NCBI GenBank assembly: GCA_011524855.1
Contig: WTJK01000043.1
Location: 38,483 to 102,482 of the forward strand
Length of the DNA stretch: 64,000 nt
Direction of reading: 5' to 3'
Origin: Methanobacteriota archaeon
GTDB lineage: Archaea; Thermoplasmatota; Poseidoniia; Poseidoniales; Poseidoniaceae
Shown: piece by piece, positions 33,702 through 46,010 of the stretch
Position numbering within the stretch: the first letter of the stretch is position 1
Layout of the letters: each line of letters starts with the position of its first letter
Notes under the pieces: model-generated
Seen by the model: only the letters and a program-made list of their open reading frames with translations
What the model was told of the DNA's origin: nothing
Database searches by the model: none
Made by a program: the position numbers and the translations under genes

Positions 33702-36700
33702 TCACAGCAAGTCGTCCAGGAAGGAGGTGTCGATGTTGGGTGATTGGGGGGATTGTTGCGGCGGGTCGACCAGTCCGTCCAGCAGCGACGGGTCGACTCG
33801 AGGCTGAAGCACGGGCGTGGCCGCCTGGTAGGCAGGTTGTCCGGTGTCTGCGGTCTTGATGCGCTCGGCAGCTGCGTAGAGATCTCCTGCGTCACTGGCC
33901 GAAATACCAGGTGGCGGTGCGGGAACCGGCATAGCGGGTGCGTTAGAAGCGCTCCATGCGTCGGATTCGATGCCCCACGTGGCCTCTTGAAGTTCCCAAC
34001 GCTTGTCGGGTTGGGCGCGTCGGCCGCGAACCACCACCACCAGCAGAAGGAGGATGATCAGCACCATGCCCGCTGCGATCAGGTTGGGTCCTGTCAGCAG
34101 CGATTCAAGTTGCAATCCGTCGCCTTCCTCAACGGTTGTTGGGCCGCTCCCGTCCTCGCCGTCGATGGATGTCAGCAGGACCGATGTGACCGTGGTCTTG
34201 CTCACGCTGTCGTCGAAGGGTACGGCGGCCACGTGCCACGGACTTTGGTTGGTCAGTTCAGCGAACACGTCGTTGGTGATAAGGAAGGAGTTGGAGGCTC
34301 GAACTTCACCGACCCGCTGTGCGTCTTCGGTGGAATCGAACGCCTCGCTGTGGATGAAAATCTGATAGCCGCGCACGCGGGCGTCCGTTGAGTGATCCCA
34401 TTCCACGAGGACACTTTCGCCTTCAAACCACGATGCACGAACGTTTTCGAGGTCGGGAAGATGGGCACCCGGATCGGTGATGCCTTCGTTGGTGGAAGAA
34501 CCGCTCGCCACGTTCAGCATGTCGGTGTAAGCGTTGCCGGCGGCATCAACGGCGACGACAGCAGCCCAGACGGTTTGGCCGGGCACAACGGGTGCATCGG
34601 CTGCCAGGAGGTCGATGACCACGGGGAGGGTTGGGTTCCTGTCAAGGGTGTGGAGCACAGGAAGGGCCGGGGTGATGTCACCGTTGAAGTCGTAGGTGGC
34701 AGCATAGACACGGTATTCGCTCACATCGCTCGCTTCGGAGAGGTCAAAGGACAACAGCAGCGCACTCCCGTCATCGTTGGGACGGTCCACGAGGGTGGGC
34801 GTGGCCAAGCGGCCTGGGGCCTCGTTGTCGTTCAGGTTGTCCACCGGTGTCACCGTGGCTTGCGTCAGGTCGTCAAGGTGCACGTTGCCTCTCAGGTCGT
34901 GAACGGTCACCGCCACGTACAATTCAATGCCGGGTTGAATGAGGCCGGGTTGCCCCTCCGTGAGGGCATTGCCGTCGGTGTACAAGGCCGTGGACAGGGT
35001 CAACTCAATCGGGTTGGTTTGCTCGTCAATCCACTGCTTGTTGAAGGAGAAGCACCCGCACAGACTGGCATCGGTGCCGGTGATGGCGTGCAGGGCACGA
35101 AGGTCCGTCACGGCACGGTCGGCCACCCAAACGGTGTAGAAGGCGAAATCGTCCACTTGGCTGGGTTCCCACACCACATCGATGGCGGTGCCGTCGTCCT
35201 CGCCGTGATCGAATGCCAGCAAGTTGCTGATCCGTTCGGGGGTGCTGCCTTGTCCGATGATGTTCTGCATGGGGGTGGCCAACACGATGTCAACCGTGTC
35301 AATGTCACCGTTCAACCATGCATCAAAAGCCACGACACCAACGGCGTACGTGCGGCCGTCCGTGAGGGGCAGCCCGTCGAGTTGATTGATGACCACGTTG
35401 GTGGTGTCGCAGTCGTTGACCACGGTGGCTTGTGAGAAGTAAGCCACGGAGTTGAGGTCGCCGAGGCCCTCGGCAACGTTGTCCCAAGGAAGCATGTACA
35501 CGGTGTAGAAAGAGCAGTCCTCGGCCGTGCTGGCGTTCCACTCCACGCGGATGCGTCCACCCTCATCGTCGGGCACGTCAAGGGCCCGGGTGCCTTCGAT
35601 GGGGTCTGGTGCTTGGTTGTCGTTCAGTTCGCCGGTGGGCACCACGGGTCCGATCACCGTCACGTCCGAGCGGTTTTCCTGACCCGAGGCATCCACGCAT
35701 GTCCACCCCAGCCACACGGGAACACCGGGTGTCAAGGACAACGTGCTGAGGTTGCCCTCGTTGGGCTGGTAACTCGCCGCTGGATTCATGCCGTAGACGT
35801 CGGTGAAGGGTGTGGTGGCCACGTAGACGTTGGTGTTGGCCAAATCCAACGCTGTGCATCGTGCCCACTCAAGGGCAAGATCGCCGTCGTTGTCATCGGT
35901 TTCAGCAGGCATGGCTGTTGCCCATGCGGGTGGACGTGGGACCTCGTTGCTCGGTGAAGCGGGTCCAAACGGCATGGACACTTCGCCCCAACGACCATCG
36001 GTGTACTCAACGACAACGACGCCGTAGTAATCGACCCCGTCTTGCAGAGGGACGCCGTTGGCGGTTTCAACTTCCGAGGACAAACGGCTGTGGAGGGAGA
36101 CGGCTTTGTCCGGGGTTTGGCTCATGAGCGTGGCTTCTGTTGGCAGCTCGGACCAAGGCCCTTCGTTCAGGAAAACGAGGTAGCGAGCAAAGTCCTCGTC
36201 GTGCACCAAGGACCACGAGGCGGTGAGCGCGCCACCGCCATCGTCGGGGCGGTCATCGAGGTTTTCGAGCACAACGGGTGTGTCGTTGCGGATGTAATCG
36301 TACACCAGGCGCGCCTCGAGTGAACCGTTTGAGGGGGAAAGCAGCCGGAGGGTCACGTGTCGGGTGTTGTCATAGAGCGGAGCAACGTCGATGGCCGATT
36401 GGAGGTTCATGCCCAAGGCGGGGTCTTCGCTTAAGTCCAGGGTCACATCGTAGAGCAGTCGTTCCGATGACGTCCAAATGGCAGCACCGTTGGCCGGCGA
36501 AGTGAAGATCAACGGGACGTTTTGGAACAGGAGCCCGTGGGCACCGGTGGTTCCCGTGGTGGCGTCCAAGATGTAGGGGTCGCTTGGGTCGACCAGCACA
36601 ATGTCCGTGCCGGGGCGGGTCATGGAGGTGATGTTGAGTCCGCCGCCGTTGGTGAGGGCACGGACCGTCAAGGGGTGGGCACGGCGCATGCTGTAGTCGT

Positions 36701-39700
36701 CAAGCGGTGTGTACTGTCCGTTGTTTTCCCACCCAAACAGGCCTTCTTCGGCTGTGATCCAGAGATGGTTGGCACCCAAGGCTCCGTCGAGAATGGTTCC
36801 GGGTTGGAACATGGTCAACACGCTGTGGCCGGAGGTTCGTGCTTCCAGGACAAGGGCGCTCTGTCCACCGGTCATGGCGAGCAATTCGTCCCCGTTGCTC
36901 ACCAAACCCGTGACGGTTGGGAAGGCTTGAACGGCGTTGTTACCGTCCTCAAACTCACCGCTGCTGGCGTTCCAGTGGGTCAGCGTACCGAAATCCGTTG
37001 CGATGTGGACACCCCACCAATCGCTGGCAAGGGCGGTCACGGTGTTGGAGGGCAATTGGTCAAAGCGGTGGGTTGAATCAACGGCGTTGGTGGCCGGGTC
37101 GACCAAGCTCACACCGGGTCGCTCCACGCCCCTGCCATCGTGGCCAATGACAAGCATGGGGTTGATGCCGCTGGGGTTTTGCACGGTCAGCCCCCACGCC
37201 GAGTTCCCGAGCAGCCCGTCGTTGGTGTCGATGACCGATGCAGTGGCGGTGGCTTCGTCCCATGCCACAAGGCCTTGCGGGGTGGCGAAGTAGACCGCTC
37301 CACTGAGCACGAGCACGTCTTCGACGATGCTGCTGGGTAGCCCGTTGCCGGTCGTCAGCGCGTCCATCCAATCGTTTTCGGTGTAATTCCAGCGCCCCAC
37401 GCCGCCGTCGGTGGCAATGTAGAGGATGTTGCTGGTCTCACCGAACCCGTTGATGACGCTCGACGGCAGCCCGCCGATGAGGCGTCCGTCGGTGAATTGG
37501 CCGGTGCTCATGTCAAAGGTTTGGATGCCCGGTGGGCTCCCGGACTCACCGGCCAACCCGATGATCAGTTCTGAACCGTCCACGACCATGGTGTCCATCT
37601 TGTCGTGAAGGGCACCGGAGAATCCGGTGACGGCCTTCGTGGTCGTGTCGATCATCATCAGACCGGTGGGGTTGGTGGAGATGTACAGGTCCGTACCGTC
37701 CAGGTGCAGGCTGTTGGCCACCGAGTTGGCGCTGAGCGTCCAACCGTAGGTCCAATCCACCGAACCGTTGGCAAGGAACGTGCCTTGCAGCAAGCCAGCG
37801 GCGCTGCCGAAGTTTCCGGTAGCTCCAGCACCGAGCACGCCGGTGGCGGCCCAGATGTGGGTGGCGTTGGACGTCATGGCGGTGACTTGTCCACTGACCA
37901 GGCCGGGCAGGTCAACCACTTTCTGTGTGCCCAACGAGGACACGGTGGACACATGGCTGTAGCCGGACGTGCCGCCAGCCTGGCCGTACATCCACCCGGT
38001 GCCACTGCCCATCCATTGCATCGAGGTGACCGATGAGCCGCTGCTCATGACGTTGGCTTGACCGCTGGATGCACCGTTCGAGGCGATGAGGGAGTAACCG
38101 CCGCCGATCGCATCCGCGCCGAAGCCGATGCCATGGCCGACGATGAGCTGGCCGTTGGCGTGCGCCAAACCGTCGTACCACACCCGGTCGGAGGGGAGAT
38201 TGTGGGTGGTTTGGTCGAGGCTGGTGAGCCAGGTCCCCGTGGTGTAACTGTATTTGGAAATGGGTTGATTGTCCTGGTAGTAACCGACGTAGAGCGTGTC
38301 GGCAGCGTCGCAGGTCACCGAAGCCGGGTTGAACCCGTCGAGGTCAAATCGGTCAAATTCCGACACGAAGGTTTGGTTTTGCACGTCATAGCGGGCGATG
38401 CCGCCCTGATTCTGGTACATGGCGATGTTGATCAGTCCACCGCATTCACTCATGGCGATGGGGTAGCCGTTGGGAATGTTGTTGTTGGCGTTGGCGGCAT
38501 AGGTGGTCCACGTGCCACTGCTGTCGAGGTGCGTGATCATCCCCTCAGCGAATCCTCCCCAGGTTTGCAGGCGCGCACCGCCGATCACAAGATCGGTGCC
38601 GTCCGTCCACAGGTCGAGGAACTGGTCGCCGGCGTTGCTGGGCAACGTGCTGCCTTCGGACCACGATGTGGCCCATTGGTTGGTCGATTCGTTGTAGCGG
38701 AGAATTTCGCTGTTGGCGGCCATGAGGGTGTGGCCGTCGTATTCCACAATGCCACGAACGGGCAGTTCAAACGTGTCCCACGAGCCTGTGAGGGCGCCGG
38801 TGGCGTTGTAGAGGTCCAGTCGCAGTTCGCCCCAGGCAACCCATGTGTTGCCGTTGCTGCTGGTGTAGGCGGTCACGCGCTCGATGGCGCCGGTGGGTTC
38901 GATGTTGTCTTCAAAGGCGTTGCTTGAGGTGTTCCACACGGCGATGCCACCTGACCCGTCAGCGTTCCACCATTGGCCGGAAGCCAGCGCCACCATCAGC
39001 AAATCGCCGTGGAAGTGCATGCTGTACACGTCGCCGTTGGTTTCGCCAAGTTCTGTGCCAATGTCAAGCGCACCCGGGTTGGTGAAGTTGATGACGTCCA
39101 ATCGCCCCACTTCGTCACCGTTGGTGCTGGAGTGGTAGTAGAGGATGTTGTTGTGAATCGTCATTTGGTAGGCCGACCCTTGAGCGTCGTAGAGAGCGTT
39201 GTTCGTTTCAATGTCGTACACCTCTGCTCCGGTGGTCACGTTGAGCAGTTGGAACCCGTCGTTGCCGCCCACCCACAGGTGATCGGGGCGTACGTCGGCC
39301 ACCAAACCCGTGATGTCGTCGTTGCCGCCGTCAAGTTCACCGTTGGCTTCGGAGAAGGAAGGCAACCATTCACCCGAGGTGAGGTTGTAACGAAGGACAC
39401 CCAATCCATCGGTCCCGATGTAGGCGATGTCGTCGATCGTTTCAACGACGGCGTTGCCGGTTTGGGAGGCTTGGCCCCAATTGAACGAGTGCTGGAAGTT
39501 GGATTTGGTGATGACACCAACGCCGGTGGTGGTGCCGCCGAAGATGTAGTTGGCATTCACGCCCACGGCATAAACGGCCCAGTTGGGCATGCCGTCGTAG
39601 ACGTTGATGCAATCATCGATGGCCAAGGTGGTACGAACGTACTTGCAAAGACCGAGGTTGGTCGCGGCGTAGAGGTCGTTTCCGTCGGCGACGAAATCAA

Positions 39701-41972
39701 AGAACTGGTTGGGCCGCGTGTCCCAGTTTGAGCCTTGGCCGAAGGTGGTGAATTGACTGCCGTCCCAGCGCCGGGCCCCCTGCTGGGTGCCGATGTAGAG
39801 GTTCGAGCCGTCGGATTCAAGCGCGTAGATCTGGTTGCTCGGCAATTGTGTCCCTTGTCGGTTGGCGGTGAAAGGGGTGAGCAATTCACCGGTGGACAGG
39901 TCTTTGCGAACCACACCGTACCCCGGTAAACCGAGAAACAGTTCGTCACCGATGGTGGCGACCGGAGCAAAATTCACCCCGTTGACGCCCGTGGAAATCC
40001 ACGGCGCCAGCCAGGTGCCGTTGGCGATGTCGTAACGCAGCACCCCCTCGTCTTCAGATCCCACGTACGCGATTCCGTTGTGCAGGGCCACGTCGCCGAC
40101 GGTTGTCTCGGGTAGGTCCCCGTTGGCCGACGCCGTGCACGTGCCGGTGGTTCGGTCAAAGGTGACGACGGTTCGCGGTTCAAGGCTGATGAGCACCGTC
40201 GAGGCGTCCACGGCCATGCTCAGCATCGCTCCGTTGTTGCTGAAACAGTTCTGGCCACTGAACGTCGTGATCACCGAACCAGCGGTGGTCATTTGGTCCA
40301 CGGTCATGGCTTCGGTGGCGACAAAGAGGTCCGTCCCGTCCGTGGAAAGGTGCTCCACGGCTTCGCCGTTGGTGCTCCACGGTGAAAGCCACACGGCGTT
40401 GCCGACGTCGTAACGCAGAATGCCCGTGCCGTCCTCGGACCCGATGTAGAGGACGCCGTCGAGTTCGACCGCTGCACCCATCTCGTCGGTGGCGGGGCCG
40501 CTGGAGAGCAGGAGGTTGCCTTGGTGAACAGGCACCTGATCGGGTGCGAACCGTGCCATCAGGCCGCTGCCGTCGCCGACCATGAAGGTGTGATGGCCAG
40601 GTCCTGCAGCGCCCAATGCGGGCCAAAGGAAGGCCATCTCGGCATCGTTGACCAGGCCTGCGTCGCTGAGGGACAGCGGGCTGTCAAAAACCCCGGCCGT
40701 GAGGTTGTACAGGTGCACCGAGGGGCCGTTGGCGATCATCAGCGTGTTGCCCAACGTGGCCATGCCTGCAATCGCGTTGTCGTCCAGCCAGTTGGCGTCG
40801 TTCCAACTCGACAACCAGAACCCGGCATTGAGGTTGAATCGCCCAATGCCGTTGTCGGCCGATCCAAACAAGAGTTGGTTGCCGGCTGTGGCGATGGTTC
40901 GGATGTCATCCGAGTGCAGCACGTTGGCGGTTGACCAGGTCGAGAGGGCTTGTTCGGTCACGGTGTCGTATCGGAGGACACCGGCGTTTTCGAGCGCAGT
41001 GTAGATGACGCCGTTGGCTTCGTAAAGCGCATGCGCCGGTCCGGTGTTGGACCCGGGAGGGGTGGCCACCGTTGTCCATGCGCTGCCGTTGTGCATCATC
41101 AAACCGCCCCGATTGGCGGCGTACACATCGCCGTTGCTTGTCACGTGCACGATGTCCACGCCGCTGGATGGGCTGGTGAGGGCCGTTTGGGGGCTCAAAT
41201 CGTCCAGGCCAAAGGCGTGAAGGGTGCCGTCGCCGGCCACCACGTGGAGCAACCCGTTGGCCATGTCCACCGCCAAGTCGGCGGGTCCTTCGTGGGCCTC
41301 GAGGTCAACAAGGTCGAGCACATGCGGGTCGGTGTTGGCGTGAAGCACCATGAGATCATCGTTCATGGCGAGGTAGAGCAGTCCAGTATCGGGGTGAACT
41401 TCGGCATCCATCAGCTCGGTGGGCAAGGGTCGCAAGGAGACGGCCGGGTCCACCGGAGCAAGCGCTTGAATGACCAAATCGGTGATCTCGGCGCCCGAGG
41501 GCAGGTTCCATCCAGCATCGCTGTTGGAGTTGGGGTTGAGTCGGCCGCTGTACGTGGGTCCACTGGCAAAACCGTCCGCTTCACCCAGCACCCCGAGGCC
41601 TCGCCAATCGAGGAGGTTTGCGCCCAACCCATCGACGGTGAGCAGCGGTTCTTCGATCGTTGTGCCGTCTTGGCCGCTGGCTCGGATTTGCAGCGTGACG
41701 TTCCCCAATTCAGCGCCGGGTGCGAACGAGAGGTTCCACAGTGCGCTGGCTTGTCCACCCGTTGTTGGATCGGCACCCACGGCGTCCAACATCACCCACC
41801 CGGTGTCGTTGGTGCCGGCGAGGGGCCAGGTCACCCCGCTGGGCTCGGCGTGGGCCGAGGCCGGGTTCACCGTCAGGAGGGGTGAAACCGACATCATCAG
41901 CATCAGGAGCACCATGTTGATGGCGCGGCGTGCCCCGTGGGGCGGTTGTTGGCCCTGACGCGAGGAACTCAT
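33702..41972 (-). CDS. Giant secreted surface protein (~2,756 aa): signal peptide, many beta-propeller (Reg_prop-like) repeats, six Fn3-like modules, TM anchor, Pro/Gln-rich tail
   Basis: Signal 'MVLLMLMMSVSPLLTVNPASAHA'. Recurrent blades include 'IYTALENAGVLRYD', 'LYIGSEDGTGILRYD', 'AYVGSEDEGVLRYD', 'AYIGTDGLGVLRYN', 'LYIATDGGVGRWNY'. C-terminal TM 'LIAAGMVLIILLLLVVVV' (34029-34082). The track start is a TTG at 42023; ATG 41972 is preferred because of a -30 TTCAAA box. Confidence 0.8.
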   Translation of the reverse strand: MSSSRQGQQPPHGARRAINMVLLMLMMSVSPLLTVNPASAHAEPSGVTWPLAGTNDTGWVMLDAVGADPTTGGQASALWNLSFAPGAELGNVTLQIRASGQDGTTIEEPLLTVDGLGANLLDWRGLGVLGEADGFASGPTYSGRLNPNSNSDAGWNLPSGAEITDLVIQALAPVDPAVSLRPLPTELMDAEVHPDTGLLYLAMNDDLMVLHANTDPHVLDLVDLEAHEGPADLAVDMANGLLHVVAGDGTLHAFGLDDLSPQTALTSPSSGVDIVHVTSNGDVYAANRGGLMMHNGSAWTTVATPPGSNTGPAHALYEANGVIYTALENAGVLRYDTVTEQALSTWSTANVLHSDDIRTIATAGNQLLFGSADNGIGRFNLNAGFWLSSWNDANWLDDNAIAGMATLGNTLMIANGPSVHLYNLTAGVFDSPLSLSDAGLVNDAEMAFLWPALGAAGPGHHTFMVGDGSGLMARFAPDQVPVHQGNLLLSSGPATDEMGAAVELDGVLYIGSEDGTGILRYDVGNAVWLSPWSTNGEAVEHLSTDGTDLFVATEAMTVDQMTTAGSVITTFSGQNCFSNNGAMLSMAVDASTVLISLEPRTVVTFDRTTGTCTASANGDLPETTVGDVALHNGIAYVGSEDEGVLRYDIANGTWLAPWISTGVNGVNFAPVATIGDELFLGLPGYGVVRKDLSTGELLTPFTANRQGTQLPSNQIYALESDGSNLYIGTQQGARRWDGSQFTTFGQGSNWDTRPNQFFDFVADGNDLYAATNLGLCKYVRTTLAIDDCINVYDGMPNWAVYAVGVNANYIFGGTTTGVGVITKSNFQHSFNWGQASQTGNAVVETIDDIAYIGTDGLGVLRYNLTSGEWLPSFSEANGELDGGNDDITGLVADVRPDHLWVGGNDGFQLLNVTTGAEVYDIETNNALYDAQGSAYQMTIHNNILYYHSSTNGDEVGRLDVINFTNPGALDIGTELGETNGDVYSMHFHGDLLMVALASGQWWNADGSGGIAVWNTSSNAFEDNIEPTGAIERVTAYTSSNGNTWVAWGELRLDLYNATGALTGSWDTFELPVRGIVEYDGHTLMAANSEILRYNESTNQWATSWSEGSTLPSNAGDQFLDLWTDGTDLVIGGARLQTWGGFAEGMITHLDSSGTWTTYAANANNNIPNGYPIAMSECGGLINIAMYQNQGGIARYDVQNQTFVSEFDRFDLDGFNPASVTCDAADTLYVGYYQDNQPISKYSYTTGTWLTSLDQTTHNLPSDRVWYDGLAHANGQLIVGHGIGFGADAIGGGYSLIASNGASSGQANVMSSGSSVTSMQWMGSGTGWMYGQAGGTSGYSHVSTVSSLGTQKVVDLPGLVSGQVTAMTSNATHIWAATGVLGAGATGNFGSAAGLLQGTFLANGSVDWTYGWTLSANSVANSLHLDGTDLYISTNPTGLMMIDTTTKAVTGFSGALHDKMDTMVVDGSELIIGLAGESGSPPGIQTFDMSTGQFTDGRLIGGLPSSVINGFGETSNILYIATDGGVGRWNYTENDWMDALTTGNGLPSSIVEDVLVLSGAVYFATPQGLVAWDEATATASVIDTNDGLLGNSAWGLTVQNPSGINPMLVIGHDGRGVERPGVSLVDPATNAVDSTHRFDQLPSNTVTALASDWWGVHIATDFGTLTHWNASSGEFEDGNNAVQAFPTVTGLVSNGDELLAMTGGQSALVLEARTSGHSVLTMFQPGTILDGALGANHLWITAEEGLFGWENNGQYTPLDDYSMRRAHPLTVRALTNGGGLNITSMTRPGTDIVLVDPSDPYILDATTGTTGAHGLLFQNVPLIFTSPANGAAIWTSSERLLYDVTLDLSEDPALGMNLQSAIDVAPLYDNTRHVTLRLLSPSNGSLEARLVYDYIRNDTPVVLENLDDRPDDGGGALTASWSLVHDEDFARYLVFLNEGPWSELPTEATLMSQTPDKAVSLHSRLSSEVETANGVPLQDGVDYYGVVVVEYTDGRWGEVSMPFGPASPSNEVPRPPAWATAMPAETDDNDGDLALEWARCTALDLANTNVYVATTPFTDVYGMNPAASYQPNEGNLSTLSLTPGVPVWLGWTCVDASGQENRSDVTVIGPVVPTGELNDNQAPDPIEGTRALDVPDDEGGRIRVEWNASTAEDCSFYTVYMLPWDNVAEGLGDLNSVAYFSQATVVNDCDTTNVVINQLDGLPLTDGRTYAVGVVAFDAWLNGDIDTVDIVLATPMQNIIGQGSTPERISNLLAFDHGEDDGTAIDVVWEPSQVDDFAFYTVWVADRAVTDLRALHAITGTDASLCGCFSFNKQWIDEQTNPIELTLSTALYTDGNALTEGQPGLIQPGIELYVAVTVHDLRGNVHLDDLTQATVTPVDNLNDNEAPGRLATPTLVDRPNDDGSALLLSFDLSEASDVSEYRVYAATYDFNGDITPALPVLHTLDRNPTLPVVIDLLAADAPVVPGQTVWAAVVAVDAAGNAYTDMLNVASGSSTNEGITDPGAHLPDLENVRASWFEGESVLVEWDHSTDARVRGYQIFIHSEAFDSTEDAQRVGEVRASNSFLITNDVFAELTNQSPWHVAAVPFDDSVSKTTVTSVLLTSIDGEDGSGPTTVEEGDGLQLESLLTGPNLIAAGMVLIILLLLVVVVRGRRAQPDKRWELQEATWGIESDAWSASNAPAMPVPAPPPGISASDAGDLYAAAERIKTADTGQPAYQAATPVLQPRVDPSLLDGLVDPPQQSPQSPNIDTSFLDDLL
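34164..36275 (-). repeat. Six tandem ~110-140 aa Fn3/Ig-like protein modules inside the giant gene
   Basis: Each module starts with an acidic Gly turn and a W..S...D(F/C).(F/Y)Y.V signature: 'DDGGGALTASWSLVHDEDFARYLVF', 'DNDGDLALEWARC', 'DDEGGRIRVEWNASTAEDCSFYTVY', 'EDDGTAIDVVWEPSQVDDFAFYTVW', 'NDDGSALLLSFDLSEASDVSEYRVY', 'GESVLVEWDHSTDARVRGYQIF'. Confidence 0.6.
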
Positions 41973-41996
41973 GCTCTGCAGGCACCATTCAACATA

Positions 41997-42002
41997 TTTG
42001 AA
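41997..42002 (-). promoter_or_regulatory. putative TATA-like box TTCAAA(TAT), 30 nt upstream of ATG 41972 of the giant gene
   Basis: Plus strand reads tttgaa. On the minus strand TTCAAATAT starts at 42002. Confidence 0.4.
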
Positions 42003-42138
42003 CGCGGTCCTTTCATGAACCAAACCTGCGTCAAGCAGGGTCGGTTTTCAAACCACTGATGCCAGAATCGTGGGGAGTGTTGATGGCGGGTCACAAGACT
42101 GAAACACTCGACTTGACACCGCGACATGAGGGCTTGAA

Positions 42139-44466
<2,328 letters not shown>

Positions 44467-45288
44467 CCCAACACGGGTCGACGCGGGCGCCAGAAGGCGC
44501 CGGTGAAGAAGCCGGCGCACAGCCCACCAACCAACAGGTTCAGCCACCCCTCGACAGCGTAATCCCCCATGCCACGTAGCACCGGAATCGTGAACGAGGG
44601 GACGATTCCAAGCACGGTGGTCCACAACAGCTCTGAGCGCAGGTTGCCCCAACGGTCCGTTGCCTCAGGCACGCGCCGTGGGGCACCGGTTCGGACCGGC
44701 GCCATCACCAAACGGACGACAACGTTGGGCAACGGGCGGTCGATGGGGACGCTGGTCAGGGCCGTGATGTGAGGGCGACTCGGGTGGACGGCGAGAGCGG
44801 CGCGTTGCAGCGCTGACGGGCCCTGCCATTCGTTGGGGCGTGGCCGTCCATCCATCATCGCTCCGCGGTAGTTGGCGGCGGGAGCATCGGCCAAACGCTC
44901 GGTGGTCCCGGCGTGGATTCGCATGTTGCCCGCAGCCAAGGCTGCTCGCCATTCGGCTTCGGTGGGTGGACGAATCTCCCATCCGGTGTTGAATTCGGAG
45001 GCCTGCCAGGCCGGTGAGGCCATCAGGTGTGACGACAACTCGTCCGCTTCCACCGACGTCAACGTCATCCAGTTTGAATGATCGTTCTTGAGGTTCTCCA
45101 GTCCGAACGCCCGCTTGACTTGTGCTTCGCTGAGCGGATCGTTGAGCACCAAGAAGGCAGGCAAGCGGGCCCGGTAACTCGGGCGTTGCGATCCATAAAT
45201 CCAACCCCCTCGGGTGGTTCCCATCACAACCTCGGCTGCTTCCACGCGTTGAAAGTGAAGTCCGTTCAGTTCGATGCCATCACGCCCG

Positions 45289-45981
45289 TCATGCAAGGCT
45301 TGCCATCATGCGGTTGTACCAAGCCATGCCGTTGGCGTGGTCCTCAAGCAACTTGAATTGGGGGAACGGCGAGACCGAGCGCATGTAACCAAAGGCGGCG
45401 AAGTCGACCAGGTCGGGTTGTTCGCCACCGAAGAACGGTTGGCCTTCGTGGGCATCGGTGAATTCCGTGAGCAGGTCGTGCCAGAGCTGCTTGGGTGCAC
45501 GGCCATCGGATTTGACCCGCTTTCGAGCGATGATGCCCCACATGATGGGGAAACCTGCCCAAGCATAGAGGCGTTTGGAGACAAAGCCGAACGCTTCAAG
45601 TTTGGAAATGCGGGTTGTGGTTTTGAGCGCTGAGCCCAAGCTGCCGTACAGGATGGGCACGGTGGCTTTGGAAAGGGTGGTGTCGGCCCAATTCAGCCAG
45701 GTTTGGCTGCGCTCATCCCCGAGGTTTCGGGAGAGTTGGCCGTTGTTGTGGTGCTCATCGAGGTGCTTCATCAGGGGCGTGGAGTCGACCACGTGTTCGC
45801 CGGTGGACGTGGTGTAGACCGGGACTTTTCCCCAGTCGCCAGCAAAGGCCAACTCTTTCTTGAGTCGCATGCCGTTGACGGGCACGTGCTTCACATCGAG
45901 GTTGAGGTGCTCGATGACCCCGCGCACTTTCCAGCAGAACGGGCACGTGTTCAGCAGGTGCAAAGTGGGCTGTTGTCCCAT
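45289..45981 (-). CDS. Glutaredoxin-2 / GST-fold protein (PGES2-like)
   Basis: 'LHLLNTCPFCWKVRGVIEHLNLDVKHVPVN' (CPFC redox motif), 'GKVPVY', and a C-terminal helical GST-like half. ATG 45981 is preferred over the track start 46092 because of the -29 box and because it avoids overlap with the upstream gene. Confidence 0.65.
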   Translation of the reverse strand: MGQQPTLHLLNTCPFCWKVRGVIEHLNLDVKHVPVNGMRLKKELAFAGDWGKVPVYTTSTGEHVVDSTPLMKHLDEHHNNGQLSRNLGDERSQTWLNWADTTLSKATVPILYGSLGSALKTTTRISKLEAFGFVSKRLYAWAGFPIMWGIIARKRVKSDGRAPKQLWHDLLTEFTDAHEGQPFFGGEQPDLVDFAAFGYMRSVSPFPQFKLLEDHANGMAWYNRMMASLA

Positions 45982-46004
45982 GGTCAAAGCACCCGGGGTA
46001 CCTT

Positions 46005-46010
46005 CTTCAA
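46005..46010 (-). promoter_or_regulatory. putative TATA-like box TTGAAG, 29 nt upstream of ATG 45981
   Basis: Plus strand reads cttcaa. On the minus strand TTGAAG starts at 46010, straddling the stop codon (46007-46009) of the upstream gene. Confidence 0.35.

Noticed and set aside
34392-41885. Series of 100-350-aa plus-strand ORFs opposite the giant gene (e.g. 34392-35435, 38058-38927, 40950-41885)
   Set aside because: All lie within one uninterrupted 8.3-kb minus-strand ORF with a consistent repeat architecture. The plus-strand products are G/V/R/H-rich shadow ORFs.
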